Below, piece by piece: positions 23,877-37,025 of a stretch of DNA of 50,813 nt. The stretch's first letter is position 1. Every line of letters begins with the position of its first letter. The notes beneath the pieces are model-generated. The model did not search any database, was not told where the DNA came from, and was given only the letters and a program-made list of their open reading frames with translations. The stretch covers positions 1 to 50,813 of the forward strand of contig CDMY01000567.1 of the NCBI GenBank assembly GCA_001179505.1, given 5' to 3'. The position numbers and the translations under genes were made by a program. This DNA is from Vitrella brassicaformis CCMP3155. Taxonomy: Eukaryota; Protista; Chromerida.

Positions 23877-26800
23877 ATGTAGGTCAGCCAGAAGGAGAAG
23901 CGCTCCCGCACCTTGCCCACATCGGTAAACACCGCTCTGCCAACACGGAGAGGGAGATACGGAGGGCGATGCGGTATACCATCCTGTGTGTCTGTCTGTG
24001 TGTGTGTGAGTTGGGCCGCGTCTGTGCGTACTTACTTGTCATGCCAAAACTGTTCCGTAAGGACAAACTGGGTGGTGAGCACCGTGTAGACCAACTGAGC
24101 ACACACACGACAACAACACACAACGTGTTACACAGCGGCCACCACATCCACTCCACCGCTTCTTACCTCGTTGACGTAGTCCCCCCGGTGCTTATTGCCG
24201 TTACGCAGGATCTCAACCCACTTGTCCAGCTACACTCACCAACATGCAACACACCACAATACAGTACATATGGATAGATAAGGAAGGTACACACAGCTGG
24301 CCATACCTTGGCTAAGATGGTGTTGACATTGTGCTCCTCGAAGGCGTCGGGGTAGTTCAGGTGGGCATCCCGCAACTGCACAGGGGCCACATCAGCCAAC
24401 GCCCCTACACACACACACACACACACACACGGGGGAAAGGAGTGCGTGTGCGCGAGTGTGTGTGTGTGTCTGGATGTCTGGATGGATGGATGGATCAGCC
24501 AGTTCCCGACCGAGTGCGTGTGCGGCGGCGAGCAGTGCTCGGAGGTCGGTCTCGGGCTGCTGCTGTACATCTGTGGGATCCATGGGCTCCTCCCTCTCCC
24601 CCTCGTCGAACATCTGCGGCAGGCCAAGGCCGTCCGGGAACCCACCATCATCAAAGAAGAAACCGCCGTACACACTACACACACACGAACCGACCGAGCC
24701 AATGGGCACAAAGGAAGTGAGGCCACAAGTAAGTGTGTGTCTGTGTGTGTGCTCTGTCTGTGCTCAGTTTGTCCTCACCGCTTGGCTTGGGGGCCCTCGT
24801 CGCCCTCCTCCTCCCCCTGGTCGACGTCTCTGTATCTCTTGCGCCCCTTGTCTACGTCGTCCATCTGCTCGTCACCGTCGCCCTCCTCACCCTCGGCTGC
24901 GTCATGCTCCGCCTCCTCGCCGTTGGCCTCACCATCGCCTTGGCCGTCTTCGCCATCATCGCTCAGGTGCGTGAGGGCCAGCTTGATGCTCAGCAGCAAC
25001 CTCTCGCCAGGACCCTACACACACACACACACACAGAGACGCACAATTGGTGTCGGTCGTTGACCTCTTTCTCCATCCATCCATCCATCCATCTCACGTC
25101 GGGTGCGAAGATAGCGTCAGCGGTGTGTTTGCCGCCGGCCTTGAGTGCCAGTGCCATGGCGTGGAGGGACGCTGCCTTGAGAGGGTGGTGGACGGCACAC
25201 TCGCTTGTGGCGTCAAACAGGCTGAAGCTCGACTCCTGCAGACCTGCCCGCAGCTCGTCGCTGAGCGTGGCGGCCTCCTCACTGTCCTCGCCCTCCGGAC
25301 CGCCGAGACGCATCGGACCGAACATCTGCAGGTCAGAGACACAGCGGAAATGGCCGACCGTCAGAGCCACATGTATGTGATGTGGCTGGCTGGGTGACCT
25401 GCATGAACTCCTCGCACGCCTTGGCGGTCTGTGCGACCTTGTCGCCGGCTGCCTGCTGCACCTCCGACAGATCCTCAACATCCTCCTCACCGATCTCGAG
25501 GGCAAGCTTGGCCTGCTCCACACAGCTGAGCAGAGCAGCAACCAACACGCACACACACACACACACACAGAGAGAGAGAGACACACACACACACACAGAC
25601 ACACAGACATGAAGGTGCGCACACGCGATCTCTTTGCCGTTTGTTTGTGTCTCTTTCCCAGGTCCCGCGCCTCACTTCGTCCAGCATTGGCAGATGACCT
25701 GGCCGCTCTCCCGCAAGAACGCAACCACAGCAGGCTGCTCCAGGGGCGGCGTCAGCTGGCTGGGGCTGCCACCACCACCGGCAGCGGCAGCAGCAGCAGG
25801 TAGCTCTGCAACCGCTGCTGCTGCCCCCGGCAAACCAGCAGCAGCAGCAGCAGCAGCGGCAGGAGGAGGACACGCCCCGTCGCTGGGGTGTCCGCTGCTG
25901 GCCTGCCCACTGCTGTTGTGTCCGTCGTCTTGCTCCGCCTGCCTTTGATGCAGGGCCAGCTCGCGGCCACGTCGGTGGATGCCGCGGACCAGATATCGCC
26001 ACGAACGGTACACGGGGCCATCCTGCACACAGACAGACAGACAGACACATGGGTGAGAAGAGCGGGTGGATGGCTGGGAGGGGTGGTGGCAGCGTACGAT
26101 GTTATCTTGTTTGAGTGCGGCGCATAGGTCTTTGGTGAGTGTGGAGTCGGCTATCCAGGCCAAGTGGCACTTGCACAGGAAAACTCGCCACAACACATCC
26201 CACAGCTGCACAAACACAAACCAGACAAACACAGAGAGAGAGGGAGAGAGGGGGAGAGAGGTGAGGGCCGGTGTGGGGTGGGTGAAGGGTTGGTGGCTGG
26301 GCTGTGGGTTATGCTGGACGCTCACTTGACTCACGTACGTGTAGCAATATGTGTGTCTGTTCGGGGCAGTGGCCGTCTCGTGCGAGGTGTGGCACCAGCA
26401 CTGCCACCACCTGATGCAGACTCTTGAGCGCATGGTCGTTGGGCACCTGACCCATCGCATGATGTGATGAGTGAGTGGATTGGGCTGTGGTGTGTCCGTC
26501 GCCCGCCGCTCTGCTAACTCACTCACCTTCTTGCCGCCTCCGACGAGTTCGTCAACCATGGCCCGCAGCAGACGCCAAATCTCAATCTGCACCCACCCAC
26601 CCACCCATACCATCAGAAAGAGGAGATAATTGCCCATTCGTTGCAGCCAGGCAGACACCTGCTGACCGACCGGCGTGACAACGGGGTGCTGATCCTCCAC
26701 CGCTGGCCAGTGCTGCCAGCCCACACACACACACAGAGAAAGAGGGAGAGAGAGAGAGAGAGAGCGGTCACATGACAACCTTCGCACAGTTATTTCTTGT

Positions 26801-29764
26801 GTAAAGGTACATGTGGTGTGGTGTGGTATGATGTGTGTGTGAGCGTACGTCGCGACAGGCCGCCTGGTCGTTGCTGTCGAAGTATTCGGCGCTAGTGAGA
26901 TATGCAGACGCCATCTGCACACACAGACACACAGACAGCAATGAGAATGAGTATTCCCTCGGTCATCCAGCCCCCCTTGTTGGTTTGGTCGAATAGCTGG
27001 CTGACCTCTATGTGTATGGCCTTGACGGCTGAGGGATCCTCACTGCCGAGTTGTTGAGCCACCAGGGGCCCCACGATGTGGAACACAGCAGCCGCTGCGC
27101 ACACAAAACACAAGACAAAACAAGACATGGGCGTCAGCAAATCTGTCAACAAACTTGTTGTTGTCTAACCTTCGAGTTCTCTGAGGGCATGGAGGGCGAT
27201 GAGCGACAAGAGGGTCATCTCGGGCGCGCCAGGCTCCTGCACACACACAGCAAGTGTGTGTTACCCACTATGCACCCCACCCACCCTGGTGTGCACGGGT
27301 GCGAGGTGCAATGCATAGCTCACCTCTTTCGCTACGGTGGCATCACAGGCGTCAGCGGCCAGGTCCATCATCTGCCCCACCGCACCACGGGCAAGCGCCG
27401 CGTTCTGACGCTCAAGCAGAGAGACAAAAGGAGAGGGATCACACGCACACGGACGGCGGATGGTGCCGTGTGTCGCTCAGCTCACCTGATGGTCGCGGTG
27501 CCACTCCCCATTGTGAACAGAGAGGTTCAGGGCGGCCGGCACGCAGGCCTCGAGGACCTCCCGACGCAACGCTGGGCAAACCAAGCGCAGGCGGGCATGG
27601 TGCGTGTGAGTGTCACCCACACACACCCGGCCGGCCCTTCACCTTCCGGGCGCCCCTCGTCGTTGATGAGCGGGGTCAGGTGTTCGAAGGCCATCTCCAA
27701 CATACGACCTGCAGAAAGGATGTGCAGACAAGGGAGAGAGGGAGGGAGGGAAGCAATGCATTCACTTATACGAAGGAGAGAGGACAGACAGTCCACCGTG
27801 CCATGCCCGATCTGACCCACCTCTGAGTCGTGTGTCAGGGTCCTCCTGGTCGTCATCGTCGTCCATCAAGCCACCCAGGGGGCCCGACACATGGCCGCAC
27901 GACGACACACACACACCCAACTCCTACACACGCGCACATGCATCATGGTTTTTGGCAGGGTTGGGGAGAGGCAGGGGCTCTGTGTGTGTGTGTGTGTGTG
28001 GCTGTGGGGGTGTGTACTTTTGCGATAGCCCTCTGACGCATCCTGGTTTGCTCTGACACGTCGCCATCCGACTCGACCGACTCGACAACCCCCTCACGCA
28101 CGCGACGCAACACGATCTCAAACAGGGTGGCCGCCACTGCACACACACACACACACACACACGCCGACCAACCGCACATGTGCGGCATCCAAGCAATGCG
28201 ACTCGCTTGTCGTCCGTCCGTGTGTGCGTACGTGCAGGTGGCCCCGTTTTGAGCAGCTCCTCCAGCAGCACAGCTCGTGGGCGGCACTGGGGAACGAACG
28301 AACCAGAGAGAGAGAGAGGAGAGGAGGAGCGACACATAGACACACAGCAGCAACACCGTCTGCCAGTTAACATATTGCTCCTGCTTCATTCCCTCGCTCA
28401 CATCGAGCAACGCATCCGTCCCCTCGACAATCGGTAGATCGGTGTCGCCGAGGTCTCGATAGAGCTCTGCGGTGCGGTCGAGCGCCTCCTCGCCGTCATC
28501 CTCATCCTCCTGGTCACCGAAGTGCTTGGCCTGCAGGTGGCGACAGAGGGCCGTGGTGGCCTCGATCCACTGGCCGTAGTCGCCCTGTGGATCGGGGTTA
28601 GGGTTAGTCTTGACCCTCTCGTAGACGCTCTGCCACACAGAGATCTCGAAATCGATGTAGGTGGTGAGAACGCGTTGCACCAGTGCCACGTGGTCCTGCA
28701 GTGTAGTGCAACACCAGTCATGCACAGGCCAATTGACATGATGGTCCCCGTGCCTGACTCACTGACCTTATTGGTGTTGATGTGTCTGAGTGTGCGGTCG
28801 TCGAGCTCTTTGTACATGCCCACCACCAGCTGCGACGCCAGGCTGCTCTCGCCACCATCCACACAACGACCTGTCAGTACAACAGCCAAGCAGACAGGGC
28901 GTCGAGCAAGCGATCCCGAAGCTGTGGTGGATCCACCTCCAGAACCCCATACGCCTCACCCACACGAAACTCGCTCTCGCTGCACAAATGAATGACATGC
29001 ACACATGTCTTCCTTTGTGCGGTGAGTGAGTGACGGTGCAGCCAGGCCTTGTCCCGCCGTACTTGGCCGCAGCTCTGAGCAGTCCGCGGATGAGCCCCAA
29101 ACACCCACATCGCGCCTGCAGTACACACCACGGCTGGCTACCCGACGGTGCAGTGCTTCCCCTCCCACTAAGGTGTACTTTGTTTGAGTTGGCAGCGTTG
29201 TCCTGGATGCGCCGGAGCGCCTGTCGACCGATTCGTAGGGCGGAGTGCACGGCCTCCACGCCAACTGATGGATTGATGGATGGATGGATGGATCAGACAC
29301 ATCACACCGCACAAGAACCCACATACTCTGACGTGATGACTGACACGTGTGTGTGTGTGTGCGTGTGTGTCTGTGGTTATGGGGTCATTCGTACGTTGGT
29401 ATTTGTATGCCATCGACAGGGTGGCCTCTGCGAGCAGCCCGCTGGTATCGACATAGCTGTCGCCCTTGAGCACACCCAACGCCTGCTGGTAGACCTCCAA
29501 CGCCTCCTCGGCTGAAGGGAGGAAGCAAGCAGCACATGGACAACGATACTAATGGTTGGTGAATGCCTGCCTACCTAAGAGTTCGCCCAACTGCACTGTA
29601 GACGTGATCTCCTCAGCCGCAACGCGCTGGTCCCAATGCCGCCTGCGGCCTAATGACTTAGGGCCGACGGCGCCGTTAACCGGAAGCCGTCGGCGTAGGA
29701 CATAGATACATCTCGACGTGACAAAAAAAAAACTCACTGAGTAGTTCCTAAACCCTAGGCTCAT
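23877..29764 (-). CDS. Large multi-exon, helical-looking protein of unknown function with acidic and poly-Ala stretches; reads in frame into the BTB-TLDc module
   Basis: More than 20 coding-like exons between microsatellite introns. The junctions I checked (29576/29515, 25670/25527, 24510/24405, 24165/24095, 24033/23939) are phase-consistent, and no stop occurs before the BTB sequence. The start codon is uncertain. Confidence 0.6.
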
Positions 29765-29785
29765 AACCTCAAACCCTAACCCTAA
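29747..29785. promoter_or_regulatory. Telo-box-like motifs (AAACCCTA x2, including AAACCCTAACCCTAA) at a divergent promoter
   Basis: AAACCCTA at 29750-29757 and 29771-29778, near the head-to-head ATGs at 29764 (-) and ~29966 (+). Confidence 0.4.
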
Positions 29786-29965
29786 GCCTTTCGTGATCGA
29801 CAAAGGCCACGGGTGCGAGCTGAGCTTACGATTGGAACGAATGTTCTGAGTCGTTGTTCCTTGGGAGATTAGAGGAGAATGTGGAGTGCGACCCATACGG
29901 CATGCACTCGGCGCTCAGAGGAGTGATCGTCTGAGCCTCTCGTGCTCCCTCAGCGGTTTCAGAAT

Positions 29966-31104
29966 GTCTGGCGCTGGCTCACCGCCGACAGACAACAGTT
30001 TCCCATCGACTGGTACAGAAGCACCGCACACAACCGACAATCAGTCATTGTGCTTGACTCGCTCTCGCTCACTGAGGTTTCCTGTGGGCCGTGTTGGCAT
30101 TCAGTTGGTGTGCTGGGCTGTGCCCCGACGTGCCGACGACGACGCGGATCAGCATGACGTCACCGCCGAGCCAGCCAANNNNNNNNNNNNNNNNNNNNNN
30201 NNNNNNNNNNNNNNNNNNNNNNNNNNNNNNNNNNNNNNNNNNNNNNNNNNNNNNNNNNNNNNNNNNNNNNNNNNNNNNNNNNNNNNNNNNNNNNNNNNNN
30301 NNNNNNNNNNNNNNNNNNNNNNNNNNNNNNNNNNNNNNNNNNNNNNNNNNNNNNNNNNNNNNNNNNNNNNNNNNNNNNNNNNNNNNNNNNNNNNNNNNNN
30401 NNNNNNNNNNNNNNNNNNNNNNNNNNNNNNNNNNNNNNNNNNNNNNNNNNNNNNNNNNNNNNNNNNNNNNNNNNNNNNACGCTCTGCAGATTTGGTGCGA
30501 CGACACCGGGTGCATCGTGTGCGGCAGCAACAAGGGGCCGCCAACCATCATGCTGTGTAAAAGATGCGACAGCGGCTTCCATTCATCCGCCATGCGTCCC
30601 GGTGGAGCACAGGCTGACCGCCGTGCCCGAGGAAAACTGGTGGTGCCCCACATGCACGTAAGAAAATGGATGCCACTCTTCAACGACGACGTGCAAGCTT
30701 TCTTCCGATTGCACTATGATCAGACCCCATGGCGCTGCCAGCCCCTCGTTCGTCGTCACACTCGACCCGCCAGGTTGCTTCAGGCGCCCTCCCAATCTGT
30801 ACTTGGCTGGCGAGCCCTTACACGCGGGGCTGGTGACGTCGCTGTTCTCGCAATCAGCGATATCCCGATTAGCCGTCAGGGGCAGCATGGGATGTGTGGA
30901 TCACTGCCGTTGGACTGTGCGCCTGAAGATCCGTCAGCTGAGGCGTTTGGCCTTCTGAGTTGTGTGGAGAAGAGGCGGCGGACGAGGAGTTCGCTGTCGG
31001 TACCCGTCGCTCACAGTGACGTGCCGTTTACTGCCGACGGACCGGTGGAGGACGAAACGGATGAAGAGGATGAGACAGTTCAGCATGCGGGGATACCCAG
31101 ATAG
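29966..31104 (+). pseudogene. PHD-finger gene, frameshifted and spanning a gap
   Basis: CIVC…TIMLCKRCDSGFH is in one frame and PPCVPVEHRLTAVPEENWWCPTC is in the +1 frame. Removing 4 nt near 30582 restores the C4HC3 spacing. Confidence 0.65.
30179..30478. other. Assembly gap (N-run)
   Basis: 300 N. Confidence 0.99.
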
Positions 31105-31489
31105 CATCGATTAAATATGTTTTTCTCTATGTGTGCACACAAAATACATGCATGTGTCGATCGGGTGCGCCATGGGAGCTGGCGTTTTGCATTTGACGAG
31201 CTGCCAAGGCAAGGATAAGTAGAGCTCGACGTGTGGATTCAGCCGGGCCACGCCCACCAACCTGAGGTGGGCGGGGCCCGGCTGAGCCTCCATGCATGTC
31301 TCATCCTCTTCATAATGCTATTCCCCAGACAGTTTGACTTGAATAGAGAAGCAGTGCGTGTCTGCTTTCGCGGGTCTGTCCATGATGGTAGTGTTATACA
31401 TAGTGGCGTGTCTTGTGTGTCTGAATAAACAGCTCTCGTGTCTGTTCATGATGTTGTTACTGTGCATGCTGACTTGTCTTGTGTCTCTG

Positions 31490-31870
31490 AATAGACGGCT
31501 CTTTTGAAAGGCTGTCGACGCTTCATGTATTGCATGCCCCTCGAGGTTCCGGTGGCGTGTTCCCGGCGTATGGTGCTTTCCTTCCGCTATTCTTCCCCGA
31601 ACCCTAGACCTTCGTGCTCGATCTGCACACAACACACAACATTCACACCACGATTATACAGAATGCGATGCGACGGCCGTGCACATCCATCCATCCATTC
31701 ATCGACACACACTTTGCTCTTGAGGTCTCTATTGATGGAGAGGTACGTGAGCAGCTCCTTGAGCCACTCGAGGGGGTCATCCCGCCGCTCCTCGCACCAC
31801 TGCCAGGCCGCCTCGGCAACGGCGCTGTCCGACGACAGCAGACCGTGCAGGGCCTGCACACATCATCACA
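31490..31870 (-). pseudogene. Coding-like two-exon fragment (QALHGLLSSDSAVAEAAWQWCEERRDDPLEWLKELLTYLSINRDLKSK|IEHEGLGFGEE*)
   Basis: Splice signals and protein-like composition, but an early stop and no clear start. Confidence 0.3.
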
Positions 31871-32294
31871 CACACACACACAGCCATGCGATGGACAGAC
31901 AAATACAGACGGTGAGGAGCGGAGAGGCTCGCTTTGGTGTGTGAGGCGTCATTACCGTGGAAACATTGAAGTCTCTCGCTTTGTTTTCCATCGCAATATC
32001 CATCGATCTGGGGGGAGAGAGAATCGAGGAGTGTGCGAGCCTGCTGCCGAGATTCGTTTCACGAACTGATTTGCCCGGAATGAACTACTGCAGGGGAACA
32101 GGGCAGGCATGCATCAGATCCTTTCCTTCTCGCAGCCTGGTTGTTCTGGAGAGGGCCCCTGATGTTTTTTTCTCTCGAGAAATAGCTTCATCGCACCTTT
32201 GAGAACGAACGTATTCAGGTGAGGCCAGAGCTCACCCGCCAGCTGAGCGCCTGCACTCATTCATTCATCTGCTGTGGACGTGTGGTGTGTGCAG

Positions 32295-33227
32295 ATGGCT
32301 GGCACGACCGGCACATCGTTTCGCCGACCAACCAACGTCAAGTGCCAGGTGGCTGATGGTGGATTGATGGACATGGATAACGCTGACGGCCCGGCCGCCG
32401 CTGCAGCTGCAGGTCACACCCGCCACCGTTGCACGCACACCGGATGGGATGTGGGTGTGTGGTGTGGTGTTGCTGGTGCGTGTTGTGCAGGTGTGCAGGG
32501 CGGCGCGGCGAATGGCACTGTTAGCTTGCGTGACGTCATAGATCAGCTCGACTCGGTGAGGAAGGGAGGGAGAGAGGACGTTTCGCCACACACGGTGCAT
32601 TGCTCCGTTCTGCTCTGCTCTGCAGATGACATCTCAGATGGTCGCGTGCACAGAGGCGGCGAAACTCAGGGCCTCACACCTCGATGACAATACAGAGGTC
32701 ACCACGGGAAGAGAAAACAGAAATTCATTGAACCGCGCATCAGCACTCATTGGGTGTGTTTCTCTGTCTGCAGGATCGTGGCCGGCTGGCGGATGCGCTC
32801 AAGACCTTCACCGACGCCCACTCCACGCTTCGCAACGAGCTGACGCACATCCTCACCGAGAGACTCGTAAGGCCGGCATAAACGCCACAATAGCTCTCAA
32901 AAGCGGATGAGTCCATCCCTCTCTCTGTTGTCGTGTGTGTGTATGAGGTCAGACATTGCCTGCGCCTCGTTACAAGGTCGGCACTCGTGTGTCGGTGGCG
33001 GTCGAGGAAAGGAGGGGCGACTCTGTGTGGGTGACGGCCGCTGTGTACGACGGAGGAGACCAATGGCGGCACTGTGGTGTTCATGCGGGAGGTGGAGGGG
33101 AGGGAGGAGGAGCTCAAGCCGGTCACCGTACCGCACCGGACCAAGCCACCACCCCATCACAACCAAGACCTAGTAGGCAAATACACGACAGTCACACGTG
33201 CGTTGGACCTCCAGTGCGGATGCCTCA

Positions 33228-33266
<39 letters not shown>

Positions 33267-35534
33267 TGTGTGTGTCCACGTCAGCGAATGGGCGGCAAGA
33301 CGTTTTCGTGGAAGGGCAAGAGTTCGGCTGGGACCACCACCAAAACACAGGAGTCCACACCGGTACGCACGGACAAACATGCAATCAATGCACACAGATG
33401 GACCAGCTCATGAACATGGCATTTTTGCTGTTTGAGTTGTCTCCATCCAGGTGGTGGCTGCTGGTGGCGAGGGCGAGGGCAAGCGTAGACGTGTAGCTTT
33501 CGAACCGGCTGCTGCTGCTGCTGCTGCATCTTCCCCATCGCAGGCCGGGAGGCGTTTGCCGCGTGAGGGCCTCATTCTCATCTCGGGCTATGGCGTGTGG
33601 CCGCTCTTCAACAACAGCATCGCCAAGGAGGCCGGGGCTCAGTGCCGCCAGCTCGACATCGACTGCTCCCGAGCCGCCGACAGGGCCTTCTGGCAGGCGA
33701 TGCCCGTCAACGTGGCCAAGAGGTGGGGCGGCCGCATGCCCAAACTCATGCGCATCTGGTGCTGTCACCCGGCCGGCGAGGGCGCCTGGTGTCTGGACGT
33801 CATCACGGCGCTCATCGAGGGCCACACAGAGGGCCGCACAGCCATGGTCGCGGAGAAGAGAACGGAGGCAGAGAAACGGGGAGAGGCGGCCGACATCCCC
33901 GACGGCTCACTCACGACAATCGCCTTCGAGGCGGCTGAGCTCAGCGACGAGGACATGCCGTCCGTCGGGTGCATCAACCCCATCCTCCCCCCTGTGTCTG
34001 CCCGGCCCCCCTCCCTCCCCGCCCTCACATCCATCAGCGGCCTCACTGCCCACCATCGTGGCATCGGCAGCCGCGGCTGGCGGCGCCCCGTCGCTGGAGC
34101 GGGTGCAGGCGCACGAGCACGTCGACACGCTGGGGCCACTCGTCGGCTCGTCGCGGTGCCTGAGGGTGTTCGACGTGCCCTCGACGGTTGAGCAGAAGAG
34201 GGCGGTGCTGGAGCGGGTGCCCGTTGCTGCAGAGGAGGGACAGCCGCGGCCGCTGGCGAACTTGGAGGATATCGGGCCGATTGTGTCCCCCGACAACCTG
34301 ATGACGAATCTAGAGGCGTTGACGGTCTGGCGCACTCGATTGCAGGTCAGCAGGCTTGTTTACACGGAATGGACAACAGATGCAATGATACTGACCTATG
34401 TCATTTCCTTCCTTAGATGCTGAGGTCGGTCCTCGTGTCACGAGGCTGTCGTCGGTCCCTCAAGTCGCTGAAGGTCAAGTTCATCGACCGGGCGGTTGTG
34501 GGCCACGAGGTCTTCGAGCTCGCCGTGGCCATCCGGACATTCGCCTGTGGGCGGACATTCGCCAGTGCGGTGTGCATCGGGGACGTGCCCATCAGCTTCA
34601 CCGGTGCGGCCCCGCGGTTTCCCCTGAGCCATTTGTACAACCCCCTCTCCCCCGCTGCACCCTCCCCCGTCCTCAAGACCCTCATGCGCCAGCTGGCAGA
34701 CCAGGCGACACAGGTGACAGTGGACCTGAGGTGGTCCGACCTCGCCATCCCTCCCACAGCTCCGGTGCTCAACATGGCCAGAGGCCTCGCATTCAACAAG
34801 GCTACGGAGGTGTTTGTGTTTGGTGTCGACCAGCCTGCACAGCCCGTCCCCACCCACCCTGCCCTCGCCATCATCGAGCAGATCCAGCCGATGCCGCAGG
34901 CGTCGTCCCTGGTTCTCCACACGCACACGGCATTAGCGGCCGGCACCCAGCTGGCCAGCAAGATGCCCAACTTGCGGGTGCTGTCCGTCCAGGGCAGTGT
35001 GCCGATGGAACAGGCGCTGCAGGCCATCAAGGCCGTCGGTTGTGAGCGGGAGCTCGACATGGCGGCCGTGAGTGACACTCGGGGGGTGGGCAGCGGGGGC
35101 ATCGACATAGGGGAGCATAGAGAGGGATTCCCGCACATCAGCAAAGTAGTTGTCGAACTCACAGGTGGGTGGATTGGAGGGTAGACAGCCCCACGGAGAG
35201 GGAAAGAAAGAGACACCGAGAGAGACCTGTATGTGAATCTGTGTCTGTGTTTGTGCTTGTCCGTGCGTCTGTGTCCAACTCATCAGTTCCTGGTGGCGTC
35301 ACCCACTTTGTCGAGTTCGCCTGTTCGAGTGTGAGATCCCTGCTGCAGCTCAACTGCAAGACGGTGGTCCTCCGGCTGCTGGGCCTGGACAGCGGCACAC
35401 GCAGCCTGCTCGAGTCTGCCGTGCCTGCACAACTTGGCAGCATCGAGGGCACGACAATTTTGCAGGAGAGGGACACGTGGTCACCGTCCGACGGTGATAG
35501 TCTCAGGATCGCTGCCAAGCATGACAGTGGGTAG
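32295..35534 (+). pseudogene. Member of a large lineage-specific (Vitrella-type) family with two +1 frameshifts
   Basis: Recalled family-like motifs (RRWGGRMPKL-type, PSLPALTSISGL…RGWR/PSLERV, LRSVLVSRGCRRSLKSL, LASKMPNLR). Frame changes near 33045 and 34085, stop at 35534. Confidence 0.65.
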
Positions 35535-35979
35535 CTACGGGTGTGTAGCGGCGTATGGGAATGGGCCAGCATTGATATCTGTGTACAGGGTCCATAGATG
35601 GTGGGAGACGTTGGTCGGCGTGCAGAAGCCCAGCTAGCTTCATCCCTGATCCTTGAGCTTGACTGTGTTGTGTGTGTTGGCGGCTGTTTGCCAGACGGGA
35701 CATAATGGTGGATTGTAGCATAGCACACAGCACAGACAGTGGGGGCGTTGTCTGTCTTGTGGGCTGGTGACATTCATGTGCAGCTGCGTGCCTGCCTGCC
35801 TGCTTCAATACGTGTTGATGAGTCGCTATACGCAATTGCAAATGACCGTTGGTATTCAGATCGATATCAATAGTGTCTTTGGCCAAGTCTCTAGAAAATG
35901 CATTCGTCCACCAACCATCCACATGCGATCGGCCAGCCACATCCATCCCGCCCTGCACTTCGTCGCCTCACAGCTTTAC

Positions 35980-36128
35980 GCTCGTCTTCTGAGTGTGCGC
36001 GTCTGCGTCAGCTCAAATGATGCGCCAGACAGCACCGCCAGGGCTGCACACAGTGCACCACACTCATATGGATCACCGACATGAAGACAGCCGCGTGTGT
36101 GTGCCCTGCAGAAAGTCACACTGACAGA

Positions 36129-36164
<36 letters not shown>

Positions 36165-36400
36165 TGTCCAGTGTGCTTCTCCTTGTGTTTGGTGCGGTGT
36201 CTGTCTGGCCGACCGAGCTGTGCAGTTGGGCCTGATACTCGTGAAGGGCCTGAAGCTGCTCCTTGGCAGCCTTGTGCGCATCCTGGACACACACACGAGA
36301 GGGATGTTGACGTGAAGAAGGCGTCAAATGGCCTGAGGTAGGTACAGGTACCTTGCTCTCTCTTGAATCATGGCGAGAGACTCTGATCTGGCGCCCTCCT
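35980..36400 (-). other. Possible coding fragments (LVVDKLKEGARSESLAMIQERA; DAHKAAKEQLQALHEYQAQL)
   Basis: Short coiled-coil-like segments between microsatellites. No complete gene model could be built. Confidence 0.2.
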
Positions 36401-37025
36401 TTAGCTTGTCAACAACTAACTGACATTCTCAATACACAGATGGAGGGAGACATCCGTCCCTCCCTCCCTGCCTCCCTCCCTCCATCCATCCATCCACCCC
36501 TTTAATCACCTTCGAGTTCGCGGCCCGTTTCTCTTGTGCGTCGCCGACGGAGAGGCGACAGTCGGGCTGTGGGATGATTGATGAGAGTCAGTATCGATAG
36601 CAGCCGGTTAGCGCTTCTTTTTCGAGGCTGAATCAATCGTCAAATGCTCACTTTCTCCCCCTGAGCCCGGGTCGACCGCTCGAGATTCTCGCCGAGACGA
36701 AACGACTTTGCGCCCTTTCTTTTCCTTCTGTCCGTCGACTGCGTTTAAGAGAAGGATACGCGAAGGACGAGTGTTGTGCTGCAGCAGCACCGCCTCTCGC
36801 CTCTCCGTCTTTGAGAAGGAGAAGCCCTACCATCTTGCATCGCATGACGCGCTTTCAGCCGCCAACACAGGTGCCTCCAAGGAGGTCTAGTTTCTACGAG
36901 AGCTTGAGTGCCTGTCGGCATTTGGCCACCCAGCTGGGTGCTGGCATGGTGCGCTTCAGCGACAAGTTCGCCTTTGCAAAGCCCGTGGAGCCACTTGCGC
37001 TCCCGGCGGTGGGAGCAGGAAGAGA

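Noticed and set aside
25672-25674. Stop codon ending the large minus-strand gene at 25672
   Set aside because: A GTGAGG donor precedes it and splices in frame (AA|C) to the next exon CVEQAKLALE.
28594-28606. GGGTTAGGGTTAG telomere-like stretch
   Set aside because: It lies inside an exon and encodes TNPNPDP, so it is probably incidental.
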